Assembly (NCBI GenBank): GCA_965649765.1
Contig: OZ287756.1
Location: 38,440,001-38,504,000 of the forward strand
Origin: Bispira polyomma
Lineage: Eukaryota
Reading direction: 5' to 3'
DNA length: 64,000 nt
Below, piece by piece: positions 22,649 to 36,100 of this stretch. How positions within the stretch are numbered: position 1 is the stretch's first letter; each line of letters starts with the position of its first letter. A program made the position numbers and the translations under genes. The notes beneath the pieces are model-generated. The model was not told where the DNA came from. It made no database searches and saw only the letters and a list, made by a program, of their open reading frames with translations.

Positions 22649-23571
22649 CCTTTATCAAGTAGCACTGCGTCCCACAAAGGCATTGAACTAGAACTGTTGT
22701 CACTCATGTCTCCATACAACTGAATTTGTTTTTTGAAACCTTGACCAGCCCAATATGCTGGAGAAACACATGCAGTATTACCTGCATTTGACTGAGATTG
22801 ATCCAGATTAATGGCATTATTAACTTTTCATTGTTTAACAAAACCAGTGCTTGTGTCAGCGACCTCATTTTGAGTTAACTGATGATGCAACTGACACAGT
22901 TGAGATTCTAGCTGTTCTTCCATAACCAAATTTTCTAATTAATTTAAGTTTTTGGGTTGGTCCCTCCACATGGCCACAAGTTGATTTAAAATGTGGTTGT
23001 TCAGTGAATTGTTTTTATGTTATATGTTTAAGAAGAAGATTGTTAAAATAAATACATGTATGGATAATGCATAGAGTGTATTAGAGATCAAAAAGATATA
23101 ACTTTTAGATTACAATGATTCCTAGAAATGTTTAAATAGAGGAAAAAATGTTGGGGAGCCATATTAACAGGAAACTTTGGTAGTATAGTATCGTCGCACT
23201 TCCTGTTATCGATCAATTTCTATTATCGATCACGAACAAATCTTCCGTTTTACTTGGTCATGTGACACGATTTTTGGGTCGAGCGGTTGTCATTCGAAAG
23301 TAAACAATATTTACGTAAATTCTACTAAAAATCAAGAAAAATAAGGTCCAAACAGGTATAAAACTTTAAAAATACAGTAAATATATGCCGAAATTGATAT
23401 AGATGCTAATGTTTATTTTTTTATAACTTTAATTTTATTATAATTGATATAAATTACCTTTTAATTATACTTTTTATAATATTCGTCTGCTGTGCAGCTC
23501 TATTTGCGCCTATCCCAAGCCAATAAATGGAAGTAAACTGTACTGTTAAATGTATCAGGACCCTGAGAAAA

Positions 23572-23681
23572 CATGTAGATTTTTAGCAAAGTTCTCCCCC
23601 CCCCAAAAAAAAAACATAGATTTTTAGCAAAGTTCTCCCCCCCTCAAAAAAAACATGTAGATTTTTAGCAAAGTTCTCCCC
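23572..23681. repeat. Short tandem repeat (3 copies) in the transposon 5' region
   Basis: CAT(GT)AGATTTTTAGCAAAGTTCTCCCC(n)A(n) occurs three times. Confidence 0.85.
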
Positions 23682-23744
23682 AATTTTTTTTATAGTTGTT
23701 TTAGTTATTATTGTTTATTGAGAGATAAAGGTGTATTATTGCAG

Positions 23745-25524
23745 ATGCATCCTGATCATATTCTGAAAAAGCGCATGCAGTATGATGCTGAACACCTAAC
23801 ATTTGCTTTAAGGGCAGTTTTAGAAGAAAGTCATTCAGTTAGAGGTTTTGCAAAGCTGTACAATGTACCTTACACTACCCTTTCTGATAGAGTAAATGGC
23901 AGAGTACCAATTGATAGTACAGGTCCAGGCCCAGCACCAGTATTAAGTCAGCCAGAAGAAAGTAAACTTGCAGATCATATTTTACACATGTCTAGCATTG
24001 GTTATGGTTATACCCGCTCTGATGTTATGGGTATTGCTGGAGAATATTTGTGTAGCATGGGTAGGCGTGAAACTGGCAAACCATTATCTGACAAATGGTT
24101 TTATAATTTTATGAAACGGTGGCCAGAGTTGAGGGTGATCAAACCAAGTGGTTTAGAATTGATTAGGGCTAGAAGCACAACTCCTGATATCATTACTAAG
24201 TACTATGTTGAACTTCATGATATGTTTGACAGACAAGCCTGAGTGTCTGTACAACATTGATGAAAAGGGTATTAACAGTGAGCATAAACCTCCCAATGTT
24301 GTCGGTGGCCCAAATTCGAAACCCCAATCCCTGATTTCACCTAAAGGTACCACAACTGTCATTGCATGCGGTAATGCAAATGGCATGTCAATTCCGCCGT
24401 TTTTTGTTTTCAAAGGTGTCAGGTTTCTTCCTGAACTTCTAAACAATTCCCTTTCTGGTTCTGATGGAACTGTATCGGATGGCCAAACAGGATGGTCAAA
24501 CAGTCAAATCTTCAAGACCTATCTTGATCACTTTTTAAGGTACAGCCAGGGTCAGGGTACAAAGCTCATACTTTTTAATGGGCACAGATCACATGTAAAC
24601 CCAGACACAATAGCCTGGGCAAAGAGTCATGACATTGTTCTTTTTGTTCTCCCCCCACATACTTCTTGGGTATTACAGCCATTAGATGTTGCCTGTTTTG
24701 GTCCCTTTTCACGCCAGTACCATCATGAAGCAAAGAAATTTATGGCAGAACATCCAGGTCAAATTATTACAAGGTACAATGTTGCAGAAATTTCTTCTAA
24801 GGCATACAGTGTAGGTCTTTCTGCTACAAACTTGAAAAGTGCTTTCAAGAAATGTGGTATTTTTCCATTTAATCCAAATGCATATGACTCTGATAAAACA
24901 CAGTCACACACTCTCTTTAGCACAGACAACTGTGAATCTGATCAAGAAATGGCAGAAATAAATGTCCCACAGAATGATGACCCAGTACCAGAAATCTCTG
25001 TTGATTCTTTTTTGAATCAAAAGGTGATTACTGCTAAAACAGTCAGGAGTAAATTTCTGCCACCAAAACCTAGAAACACTTTGAGTAGAGTCATCGCAGG
25101 TAAGGCAGTTACTGAAGATGATGTTGTGACAGACATTACCACTCATCTGTCACAACATAAAGTGTCTTGTAAAAAAACAACTGATGTCACCAAAGAAAAG
25201 GGTAAAGGAAAGGGTAAAGGCAAAAAACCTAAGGCAAAATTTGTCCCTCCATTAAAAAATGTAACGTCAGCCACTTCTGGTCCTTCAAATGTTGAAAGTC
25301 CACCAGAGATCGAAGAAGATGGCGACATTGAAGAAAGTGAGTGTTGTTGTATCTGCAAAAGTTTCTACCCCCCAAAAAAATCAAATTTGGATCACTTTTT
25401 TATTGTTAACTGGGACCAATGTAACCAGTGTTCACATTGGACACATTTGTCCTTCTGCACAAATATTAGAGTTCTCAGGAGGCATAGTGTGTTTCTATGT
25501 CCTCACTGTAAAAATGAACAATGA
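23745..25524 (+). pseudogene. DDE_1 transposase: HTH-psq, CENP-B HTH, DDE and C-terminal PHD finger
   Basis: YNVPYTTLSDR, SDKWFYNFMKRWP, YNIDEKG, ILFNGHRSH (catalytic D reads as N), LQPLDVACF, and CCICK...WDQCNQCSHWTHLSFC...CPHC. Frameshift near 24230. Confidence 0.9.
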
Positions 25525-27169
25525 ATTACATGAAATATTTTAGTTAAGCTATAATGTTAAATATGTATAGTATTAGAATATTGTAAGTTTAATGTTACTG
25601 TAAGTTTCACTAAGAGTAAGAGTAATATTTTGTACCCAAAACCCTGGCTGTACAGTTAATTTTCCTTTCCATCATTTGAGAACTCTTTAAAATTTCCATT
25701 GTTTATAAAAACCTTAAATTTGTCACACCTGGGCCGCCATATATTGGGGTTAGTACACCATTGATCACATGATCGCAAATAGGAAGTAGAATCTTGAGAA
25801 ACAAATGGTTGGATATAAGTTAAAATAGTGATACTTTAATGGCAAATTGGATAGAAAAACATGTGTGAATCAAACAAATGAGTGAAAGAGCAACTAAAGA
25901 AGACATTGAAGTGGATATCTCAAAACGGTAAGCATTTGCGTTATATTTATCGGCGTTTCGCGGCTTACGTGATCGATAATAGGGGGCGTGGGGATAGTAT
26001 AGATTTAATACTGAAGAGAAAGGTGTGGATATTAAACACTGTTGGTGTGGCATATACTTCTGTTGTTGTTATGACTTTTGTGTGTGTCACCTGTTGTGGA
26101 TATACTCTGTAAGAATAAAGTTAAAAGTAGATTGTTCCCCAAAAGAATAATGCTACACTTATATAGGTTATGCCTCTACTTAAACAAAGAAGGAAGTTTA
26201 GGAAGAGTGGAGAACTAAATACATTTTCTAAAGTAAGTCCAGAAAACCAAAAACAAAAGTCAGTGTTACAGCTCCTGGAAAACAGTAAAATGGATACAAA
26301 GAAAAAAATGGCAGAGGATCAAAGCAAAAAAGTAACTGAAGAGCCCAAAAGTCACACTGTCAATGTGAGTAAAAAACTCTATCAGAAAAGATTGCTCCGA
26401 TTATTGAAAGTATAAACAGGAGCTTGAAGACATTAACTAGCAAATTTGATGCTGTTTGTGAAACTGTGTCTTCCCATTCTACAAACATTGCAGAACTCGA
26501 GCAGGCAGTTAGTAGCACCAGCCAAGAGATTTATGCTGTTGAGACTGAAATACCAGTTCAAAGCTCTCGTCAAAAAGGGAAGACAGTCACCTTACAACAA
26601 GGCTGTTGAAAAATAAATGTTCTGAATTAGAAGCAGCACTACAAAGACAGGAATCTTTCTCAAGAAAGAACAATCTAATTTTTGATGGGGTACCGGAGAT
26701 GGAAGATGAGGTTGATTCAGAGGTTATTTTTGAGATCTTAGAATGTAAACTTTAGATTATAGATGCACAAAAAAAGGTTCAAATTTGTGAGTGTCTATCG
26801 ACTAGGCCGAAAACCAAAAGCAAAAACTTATGCAAAAGCTGCTAATAAAGATCCTCTTCATCCAAGATCCATTATAGTGAGATGTTCCAACACTGCAGAG
26901 AAACAGAGATCATGTTGTAAAACATTGCTGGGATTCAGTGCAACGACCAGAGCAGGAGAGAAAATATGGATAAACCATGATTATCCAGAAAAGATCCATA
27001 AAACAAGAAGATCGTTTCAGCCTATTTTGAAGTTTGTGAAATTTAAGGGACAAAAGTGCAGTCATTAGTGGAGACAAATTGTGATATAAAAACCAAAGCT
27101 ATTCATAAAGCGAATGTTTTGACTTGGATTTAGATATTACATCACTGAGCATGAAAAATACTGGAGTCT

Positions 27170-27605
27170 CTGTACTGTTCTATAAAGATACACCTCAGCA
27201 ATTTTTATCCAGTTAATCTCAACATAGATGGAGTGAAGTATAGTTTGGTTGAACAATACTACCAATATCAAGAAGCTCTTTTCTTTGGTAAAAACTCAGT
27301 GGGAGACGAAATCTTGTTGGCCAGCGGTCATGAAGTCATTGAACAAAAATCTGAAGGGAAAGGAGAATGACTGATACGTTACTCGAGCAGAGGAGGTTAC
27401 GAAGTTGGCTCTATTGTGTAAATTTGGACAACCAAGATTTTAAACCTTTTAAAGAACAATTAAGAAATGTTGCTGGTAGAGGCAAATAAATATGACACAT
27501 ACTTTGGAATTGGACTATCCCAACAGATCCAAGAGCTCTTATTTAAAACATGTGGACAGGGAAAAATGTGGAAATCTAATGATGCAAGTAAGGGCTGAAG
27601 CTTAG
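27170..27605 (+). pseudogene. NADAR domain at the C-terminus of LINE ORF1
   Basis: LSNFYPVNLNIDGVKYSLVEQYYQYQEALFFG...ALLCKFGQ...LLVEANKYDTYFGIGLS...WTGKN...GNLMMQVRAE, read across frameshifts. Confidence 0.88.
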
Positions 27606-28519
27606 AGTAATGCAACTATGAATATTGTTTTCAGGTATATAATGATTATCTTAAATTGTATGCTACACACTAATTAGAAAAGATATGACAATCTTAGTAA
27701 TTAATTTACTACATAATATTGTTAAAATTTTAAGAAATGTAACATGTTTTGATTAAATAATTATTTTTATAGCTTAAGAATGTATATCTTGTAGTAAAAA
27801 CTTGTTTTTGTAATTCACTGGAAAAAATATTCAGATATGTTTTTGGACACTAAAGTCTCAAGGAACTTTTGTTTTTGTTTTCTTTCTTTTAATCTTTATT
27901 TGATATAGTCAGATCATTATTATCTTTATAGCTTTAGAAATCATTCTTGAACTACAAGTACATGTTATGACTGTATTTTTCATGAATTTAAATTCACTGA
28001 AAACATTCAACAATGTTTTCTGTTATAGTAAATTTTAATTGTTATATTTTTTATGTTGGCCAGAGAAATGTTGAGAAGACCCCTTTACTTGTTTTAAAAT
28101 AGTATTTTTTTCCAATACACACCACAGGCTCTTGTCCTTTTGATACATATTGTTTTGTGGGTCAAGAAAAAGTTGGCCAGTATTCTATGAATGGCCTAAA
28201 TGACACCTTACTTTAGTATTTGACAGCAACGGTTGCCCATAGTATAAATGGACTAGTTGACACCTCACATCAGTATGGGGATAAAAGGTTGGGAATGTAC
28301 TGGGGCATAATAGCTCTTTATGAAGTTTTGTCCCTCTGTTTATTAATAAACATAACAGTGGTTTTTATAACCCTCATAGGAGTTAAATCAAAATACATTT
28401 ACTTGCCTTGGTGTTCTGGAAATATTGTAATGTTTATTTTAAGCTCTGTAAATGGTATAAAATACCTAATAAAATTCAATTTAAACTGTTACTGCTTGCT
28501 TATGGCCATTTTTGTTAAA

Positions 28520-31500
28520 AATGCCTGTCAGCTTATAAATTAGCAGAAAAATGTGCGCGGTTTGACTAATAAATCCAAGAGAGTAGATGTTTTCAAATGG
28601 TTAAAGCAAGAAAATTGTGGTATATATTGTTTGCATGATGTACATATTGGACCTGAAAATTTAAATTATTTTAACAAGATTGGGGATCTGAAATTATAAT
28701 CAATATGGTTTCTACAGAATCTCGGGGAGTAGCTGTACTCTTTAATGATAATATCAGTTATAAAATACTATAGTGTAGAAAAAGATAGAGATGGCAACCC
28801 TTTAATTGTTGAACTGGAAATATATCAAAAGAACATAATTTTAGTTGTTCTGTATGGACCGAACAAGGACACACCTGAATTTTATAGCCATATATAATCT
28901 TTATTAATGAACAGAGACGACTATTTAATAATAATTTGTGGTGACTGAAATTTAGTTTTGGACTTTAATCTTGACACATATGGTTATGTTAGGGAAAACA
29001 ATAAATATGCAAAAGAGAAAGTTTTGGAATTGATTTCTGTATTAGATTTGTATGACACTTGGCGCTGTTCTTATCCAAATAAAAAAAAAACAATTTTCAT
29101 GGACAAGTGGTAAAAGACAGACACAAATAGCAAGATTAGACCTTTTTTTAGTTTCCATTGATATACATGCCAATATAACAAAGCAATGTATTAAACCTGG
29201 ATACAGGACTGATCATTCTTTGCTTTTGATTTACTAGAATTAGGGGAAGTGACAAGAGGCAAGGGTTTTTGGAAATTAACACCTCTCTCTTACATGATGC
29301 TAAATACATACATGTTGTTAAAGAAGAGATTAAAAATACTGTCAGGGAATATTCTTTTTCTGAAAATGATAATTTAGCACCAGAAATGTCAATATCACAT
29401 CAAACACTTTTGAAATGATCAAACTCAAAATTAGAGGTTAACTATTCCATATTGTCCACGCAAAAAGAAAGAAATGCTCAAACAAGAAACAACTTTAGAA
29501 AAAAAGAGGGGTTAGAGAGTAAAATATTAGAGGAATTAGGTAGTGAAAACAATATAATTGATTCATTAAAAACTGAAATCGTTAAATCTAGGCAGGACTT
29601 GCAACTATTAAGATAACTGAAATGACAAGCTACTTTAATGAAAAGTAAGGTAAAAATATAGGAACAAAATGAGAAGCCTTTAAAATATTTTTGTAATTTG
29701 GAAAAGAAAAATTACACCAATAAGCTCATTACATGTATTAACACGGGTTCATAATTATTGACTGATCAGACATCAATCCTAAAGGAACTGCAAACTTTTT
29801 ATAAGGATTTATATGCATCCAAAAGGTCATTCAGGAATAGTGAACTGAATAAATTTTTAAATATAAACAAGAGGAGAATGGCCTGGAGGCCATATCATGA
29901 TAATGCCACTACAAAGCAAAATTCAAAGTAAAATCTAAAACATATGTATAAACAACCGAATCACCTTAAAAATGTTTTGATAATTTATTTTTCACATAAG
30001 TTTGCTTTAAAACCTGATAAAAACAATTTTTTATATATCTTGATAGCTCACAAAAGTTGGTTTGTTTACCTACAAAATTACCGGGTTTATTGACAGCTCT
30101 AGAAATGACCAAACCATAATTTTTTTTTCCAATTTTAATATTTTTATTTTTAGCTGTTATAGCTTGCAAAACGTCCGAAAAAAGTACAGTCCGAAGATAG
30201 TGAACCACTAGTTACTATCCCTATAAACAAAAGAAAGTACTAGTCATCAGTACAGAAGCCACTATAGCACCCCAAACAAATCTATCACTATCAATTAATT
30301 CCTTGCTAATCAATGCCCATGGTTAATCTAATTACAGGTGTGTTTTTTTAATAAACTGTCACTGTTCTATACACAAACATTTTACAAATCACAAAAGGTA
30401 TACATAGATTAATTATTTTAGTCACACTTACTTGAATCCTTTAATAATCTAAATCACAAAAGGTAAATAAAATAGCACTCAGCTAAAATGGCTTATAAGT
30501 TTTAAGCTTATAAATATAATACAGATATATAAATAGTTAGAGAATAAATTTATTTGTTTCCAGGGGATACCTTATTTTGCAAGGGGATACAAAAATTTGG
30601 CAAGCCCCCTTGCCATATTTTGTTTCCCCACACACCTTTTTTTATGCGTTACACTGGTACACTTAGTTCTATTATAATTGTTACCAAACAAAAAAAATAT
30701 ATTTCCTGCCATCAAAAACCATCCATTTCTGACCCCATATGGTTTATTTCTATTGTGACACATATAGCTTCTGTAATTTTTATCCTTTAAAATGTTCCAG
30801 TTAACCTTATGCAATATAATTACGACATATATCTTGTAATTACGACTTATATCTCGTAATTATGAGATAGTGTTATATCGTAATTACAACATAATTTTTT
30901 TTAAAAACGAAAAACAAATTTTTTTTAAAAACAAACTTTTTTTAAAAACAGAAAACCAATATATGCTGTGTCGTAATTTCAACATAGTACTATGTCGTAA
31001 TTTCAACATAAGGCTATGGTCGTAATTTAAACATAAGGCTTATAAGTTTTAAGCTTATAAACGTAATTTCAACATAAGCTTATGTCGTAATTTCAACATA
31101 AGGTTATCTCGTAATTTTAACATAAGGAAATCTTTCTCCATAATACAAAATCCATCCCAAAATGTAGGTATTTTTATTTATCTTTTTTATTTATTAAATA
31201 AACATGGATGTTGTAATCATAAGAAAGCCTCATCTCTTAAATACAAGACAGTCTTATGTTGAAATTGCAACAAAGCGCTATGTTGAAATTACGACATAGC
31301 ACTATGTTGAAATTACGACATAGCATATGATTTTTTTTTATGACCTGTATAGGCTTCCGTAGAAATGGGCTGTAATGGAACCTTCAATCAAATCTGAAGA
31401 TCCCCATATTTAAAACTTAAATAACTTCTACTATACTGCATATAATCACACCAAATTTATTTTGGACCAACTAGAGACCAAAAAGTGTATATATACCAAA

Positions 31501-33186
31501 TATAAGAGCACAACTCTTTACAGATTCAGAGATTACCATGTTGAGACGTTGTAACCATGCTTAACCAAGGTTCTTCAACTATTTTCTTTCTCCAGGAAAG
31601 CATGATTATGCCAATGAGCATTGCAATAATATAACACAACTAAACAACGAGCCCAAACAAAGTTGTGAACATTTGATAACAGAAAAAGAAATAAAGCTTG
31701 TTTTGAAAAATATGCAAAATGAAAAATTGCCTGGAACAGATGGTTTTCCAGCTGAGTTTTATAAATTCTTTTGGAATGATCTTGGTCAATATGTCCTAAA
31801 TAGTTTAACAAGGCTTTACAAATTCATGGGGAACTTTCTAATACCCAGAAACAGACGATAATAACATTGATCGCCAAAGGAAAAAACCTAGGGAATTTAT
31901 TAAAAATTGGTGACCGATATCGCTATTGAATGTAGACTATAAACTTCTTTCAGGTGTGCTTGCAGGTAGGCTTAAACACATATTACCTAATATTATAAGT
32001 CCTGAACAGAAAGGATTTTTAAAGGGCAGATATATAGGAAAGAATATCAGAATTGTCCATGATATAATTGACTGTTTAAATAAAACAAATAAGGCAGGTC
32101 TACTCCTTTCACTTGATTTTGAAAAGGCCTTTGATTCCTTGGAATGGGATTATTTCAACAGGGGTTTAAAAGCTTACAATATTGGTCCACAGTTCATATC
32201 TTTGTTTAACTTGTTGTACAAAAATTCTTGTAGTACTGTTATTAACAATGGTGCATTTACAAGGTTTTCCAAATATATAAATCCTGCAGACAAGGAGATC
32301 CGCTTAGCCCCTACATATTTATATTATCTCTTGAGCCTCTTGCGATTACAAACAATAAAATGATTAAAGGGATTATCATCCAAAACTTTGAGGTAAAGAT
32401 AGGACAGTATGCTGATGATACGTTCCTCTTATTGGATGGAACTGAACATTCTGTTAGAAGAAGTTTTAAAATGATAGAGATTTTTGAACATTGTTCAGGT
32501 TTAAAGATTAATATTGAAAAATCTCAAGCAGTTGGGTTAGAAAATTTTAAGAATACAAACATGTGTAAAGATTTAAACATGCAATGGGTGAAACAATATA
32601 CCTTCTTAGGATTACACTTTGACACAAACTTAGTAAATATGGTTGAACTGAATTATACATCTAAAATCAAAACCTTCAAGAAACAAAAATGTAATATGCT
32701 CACACATAAGGAAATGGTCTACCATATTTAATGAAGAAATAGACCAGGACAGCTGGAAGATTTTTTATTCAGTAAATTTTCAAAGTACAATTGAAAGCAA
32801 AATAAGAAGCTTCCAGTACCAAATACTGCATAGAGCAGTTGTTACGAATAAATATTTAACGCAATGCAAAATAAAAAAATTTGAATAAATGTTATTTTTG
32901 TCAAGTTGAGGTAGAAACTATTGAACATCTTTTTTTGTATTATCCAGTAATACAATTATTCTGGAAGGAGGTTGAAACTTTTATGGCTCCATTCTTGAAT
33001 ATTAATTTTTGTATTAAACCCAAAACTGTATTATTGGGTTATATTAGTGTTCAAAACAACAGATTAATTAACCATCTGTTAAATATTATTAAACGATATA
33101 TTGACGTTACAAAATGTAGAGAAAATATGTTAAGCATTACTGCTTTAAAGAGTACACTTTTATACACATACCAAATAAAGAAATAA
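28520..33186 (+). pseudogene. LINE ORF2 (APE endonuclease, RT, zf-RVT)
   Basis: NVRGL, SRGVAVLF, LYGPNKD, ICGD*N, ARLDLFLVS, TDHS; PGTDGFPAEFYK, LDFEKAFDS, RQGDPLSP, QYADDT; CYFCQVEVETIEHLF. Confidence 0.9.
29866..31630. mobile_element. Helentron-like non-autonomous element inserted in LINE ORF2, containing an inverted array of ~21-bp repeats
   Basis: ORF2 reads through when the segment is removed (NKFLNIN|NITQLNNEPKQSCEH). It starts AACAAGAG and ends in an ATTATGCCAATG/CATTGCAATAAT hairpin. TCGTAATTTCAACATA repeats (about 30870-31125) are inverted at 31255-31325. The same end is found at 46935-47198. Confidence 0.65.
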
Positions 33187-36100
33187 CTAGTAGAAAAGTC
33201 AAAAAGGAAAAAAAAACACTCTTTCTAAATAGCATAGTAAAGCTTAATAATTTTTCAAGATAAACGTAGGGTCTCTGAGGTGTATTTGTGTTTTATTTTT
33301 TTATTTGAAAAAAAATGTTTATTCCCACTACTCTCTGTTGAATTTATAGATTTATTGTAAATTTTATGTATAGTGTCACACTAAGTGTGTAATTTCTATT
33401 ACAGTAAGATTTATTTTCTTTTAATGTGACATCACAAAAACTTTAGTTAATTTGATCAATGTATCTTTACATATATGTGTATATATTTGCATCCTGCGAG
33501 ATAGACTTTTTTGTTAAGCCTCAGTAACAGGGTTGAAACCTCTCCCCTGTGTATTGGTGGCTAAAACAAAAGGTTTCAATATAGGGAATAAATAATAAAA
33601 AAAAAGAAAAGTTATCTAATTGAATAGCTTGATCACTGACATTATTCTGACTAGACCTGTTGGTGGTTTCAATGAATTAATTTGACTGAAGCCCACCATC
33701 ATTACTATGTGAAACAGATACTATATAGGGACATTTTCAACTTGTTTGACGGCTACTAGCAGTAGAAATAACATGTCAACTGCTATTTTGACAAACATTT
33801 TTACAAAAGAATTTGACAGTTCGAACTAAATACATTGCATTTTTTTGCAAACTGATCTGATGTTTTAGGTTGACCAACCCTGCTAGCAAAACTATCGCAC
33901 CTCATTATCGACTTTTCGACTTGTTTGATGGCTACTAGCAGTAAGAAATAACATGTCAACTGCTATTTTGACTAACATTTTCACAGACAGTTCGAACTAA
34001 ATGCATTGCATTATTTGCTAACTGATCTGATGTTTTAAGTTGACCAACCCTGTTAGCAAAACTACCGCACCTCAGTTCAGAATTTTACCTGCTAATTTCA
34101 GAGGGTTTTATGAGTTTTTAAATTTTTATTGGGGCCCGATTTCTCAGGATGATTTGTAGTTTTATGAGATGTATAACAGCTGCTGAAGATATGTCTCAAT
34201 ACCATGAATTTAAAATCATGAACCTGACTTGGGTTTATTAAATAAAGAAGTAAGAGTACCTGATGCCTGAGGGGCATTGACAAGTTGGGCTAGCCTGTCA
34301 TCAATCTGCTTCTGGAGTGATGCTAAAGATAGCATGTCCTGTAACGAAGCAGGTAGGGGCTCTACTCACAAAGTTGATGTCATCATGAGTGGTGTAATCA
34401 TCGATTTTGATGCTGCCATCAGCAGTGGCTGCTGAGTGGCCACAGGGGGGTTCATAGTTTCCAAACTAGAAACATTCACATTTGACACTGACATGATTGG
34501 TACCTGAGAATTATTACTAGCGTTCTGTGCTTGTATCCCTCAAGTTGGAGTCTGCATGACAGGAGGATAGGAGGTAACCCCATTACTGGTTAAGGCAGTC
34601 GGATAGTGTGAGGGCTGTAACATTGTAGAACACAGTGTAGGTGTGGCCGCCACCAGCATAGATGCAGTGTTTGGTAATTAAGTGGCCGTGGACATACGTT
34701 GCATCGCATTGATCACTGAATGGTTAGCAATATGGACTACCGAGACCACTGGGGGGTCGAGATGTGGACGTTGCTGCTCTAACACTCTAACAAGAGCAAT
34801 GTACCTGGATAGTACCTGGATTAATGTACCGTAAATAGCTGCGCCCAACACCTGGCTTGCAGAAATCACCGTCGATGGGGAAACCACAGCCGAGCTTATC
34901 ACCGGGGCTTGTGTAACACTGCACGAACCAACGGACGAGAGAACAGCAGAACCATCAGTCGTCGCCATTCTTCTCCCCAGGACACCCGGGCAATTCCTCC
35001 CCACCCTCAATTGAATTGAAATTTTTTTTGATCAAATTGAATAAAATCCCCAAGCTTCAATTGTAGGTGCAGCAACTGAAAAGAAGTAGAATTCATCAAA
35101 CTGGGCACTAAGCTCACCAGTTGCAGGGTATTTTATAAAACACAAATATCTTTCAATAAAATAAAAATAATCTGAAAAATTCTTTGAGCAGATGTTGCTC
35201 CTGTAACAGTCGAAATAGAATGACAAAGGGGGAAATGTTTGAACCCCAAACGGAGTAAGAACAAAAGATAGACAGACGGACAGGAGTGTTGTAAAGGTAA
35301 AACCAGGGCTGACTAAGGTGCATATATAATCTTGAGGCGACTGACACATAAAGCATGTACACGCCTTTCAATCAAAGCCCCTCTACCATAGGACAAAGTC
35401 CCTCCCCATATTACAAATATAGGCAAGAAGTAAATTTTGACTTTTTTATCAATTTATTTATTTTTAATAACAAATTAAGAAACATAAGAACAGAAAATTA
35501 TAGAAGTACATCTTTACATAAATGTGCCTTTCCCTCAGATCATTCCTATCTTTATCTTGTAGGTTTTGTAGCTATCTTGGTATAAAGATATCTTAATCCC
35601 TCATTTCTGATTCTGTAGAACTTCCATGTTGAATCTAATGATGTTTGTATGATTGTCCACTTTGTCCACTGTCTTTAATATAGAGAGGTAGTACTTAATT
35701 GCAATTTTACAAAATGCTATTTAAACTAATAATATAAAATGTTAACTTAAATATATACATACATATATACTAAAAGAAGAACCAGAAGTAAAAAATATAA
35801 ACAGTGTTTCATAGATTATTATATACATACATGTATATTAAAACAATAACTAAATATAAAAATGATTTACCAATCTGAAACTGTAAGGGGGGGAGGGGGT
35901 CCTATACCTTGAAACTAAGGGGGGGGGACTTATGCCATACGCTTTCAAAAAGGGGCTGTCAAGGGGGGATTGTGTCCGTCTACCATTCCGACTTTCCCTA
36001 ATCGTTAATTTTCTAACCTATCAGTAATGCTGCAGTAAGTGATATACATTCAACTTTGATTAGTTAATATATTGTTGTATCAGTAAAAACCAATAAAGCA

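Larger units (their letters stand above)
23188..25997 (+). mobile_element. pogo/Fot1/Tigger-like (Tc1-mariner superfamily) DNA transposon
   Basis: TA-flanked imperfect 28-bp TIRs (GTATCGTCGCACTTCCTGTTATCGATCA versus reverse complement CTATCCCCACGCCCCCTATTATCGATCA) around a transposase. Confidence 0.8.
26170..33300 (+). mobile_element. Near full-length decayed Tx1/L1-clade LINE
   Basis: ORF1 (coiled coil, NNLIFDGVPE RRM, IWINHDYPEKI, NADAR), a spacer, then ORF2 (APE, RT, Zn knuckle) interrupted at about 29866-31630. Confidence 0.9.

Noticed and set aside
30810-31330. CRISPR-like array
   Set aside because: Head-to-tail ~21-bp units without unique spacers, in a eukaryotic MITE context with no cas genes.
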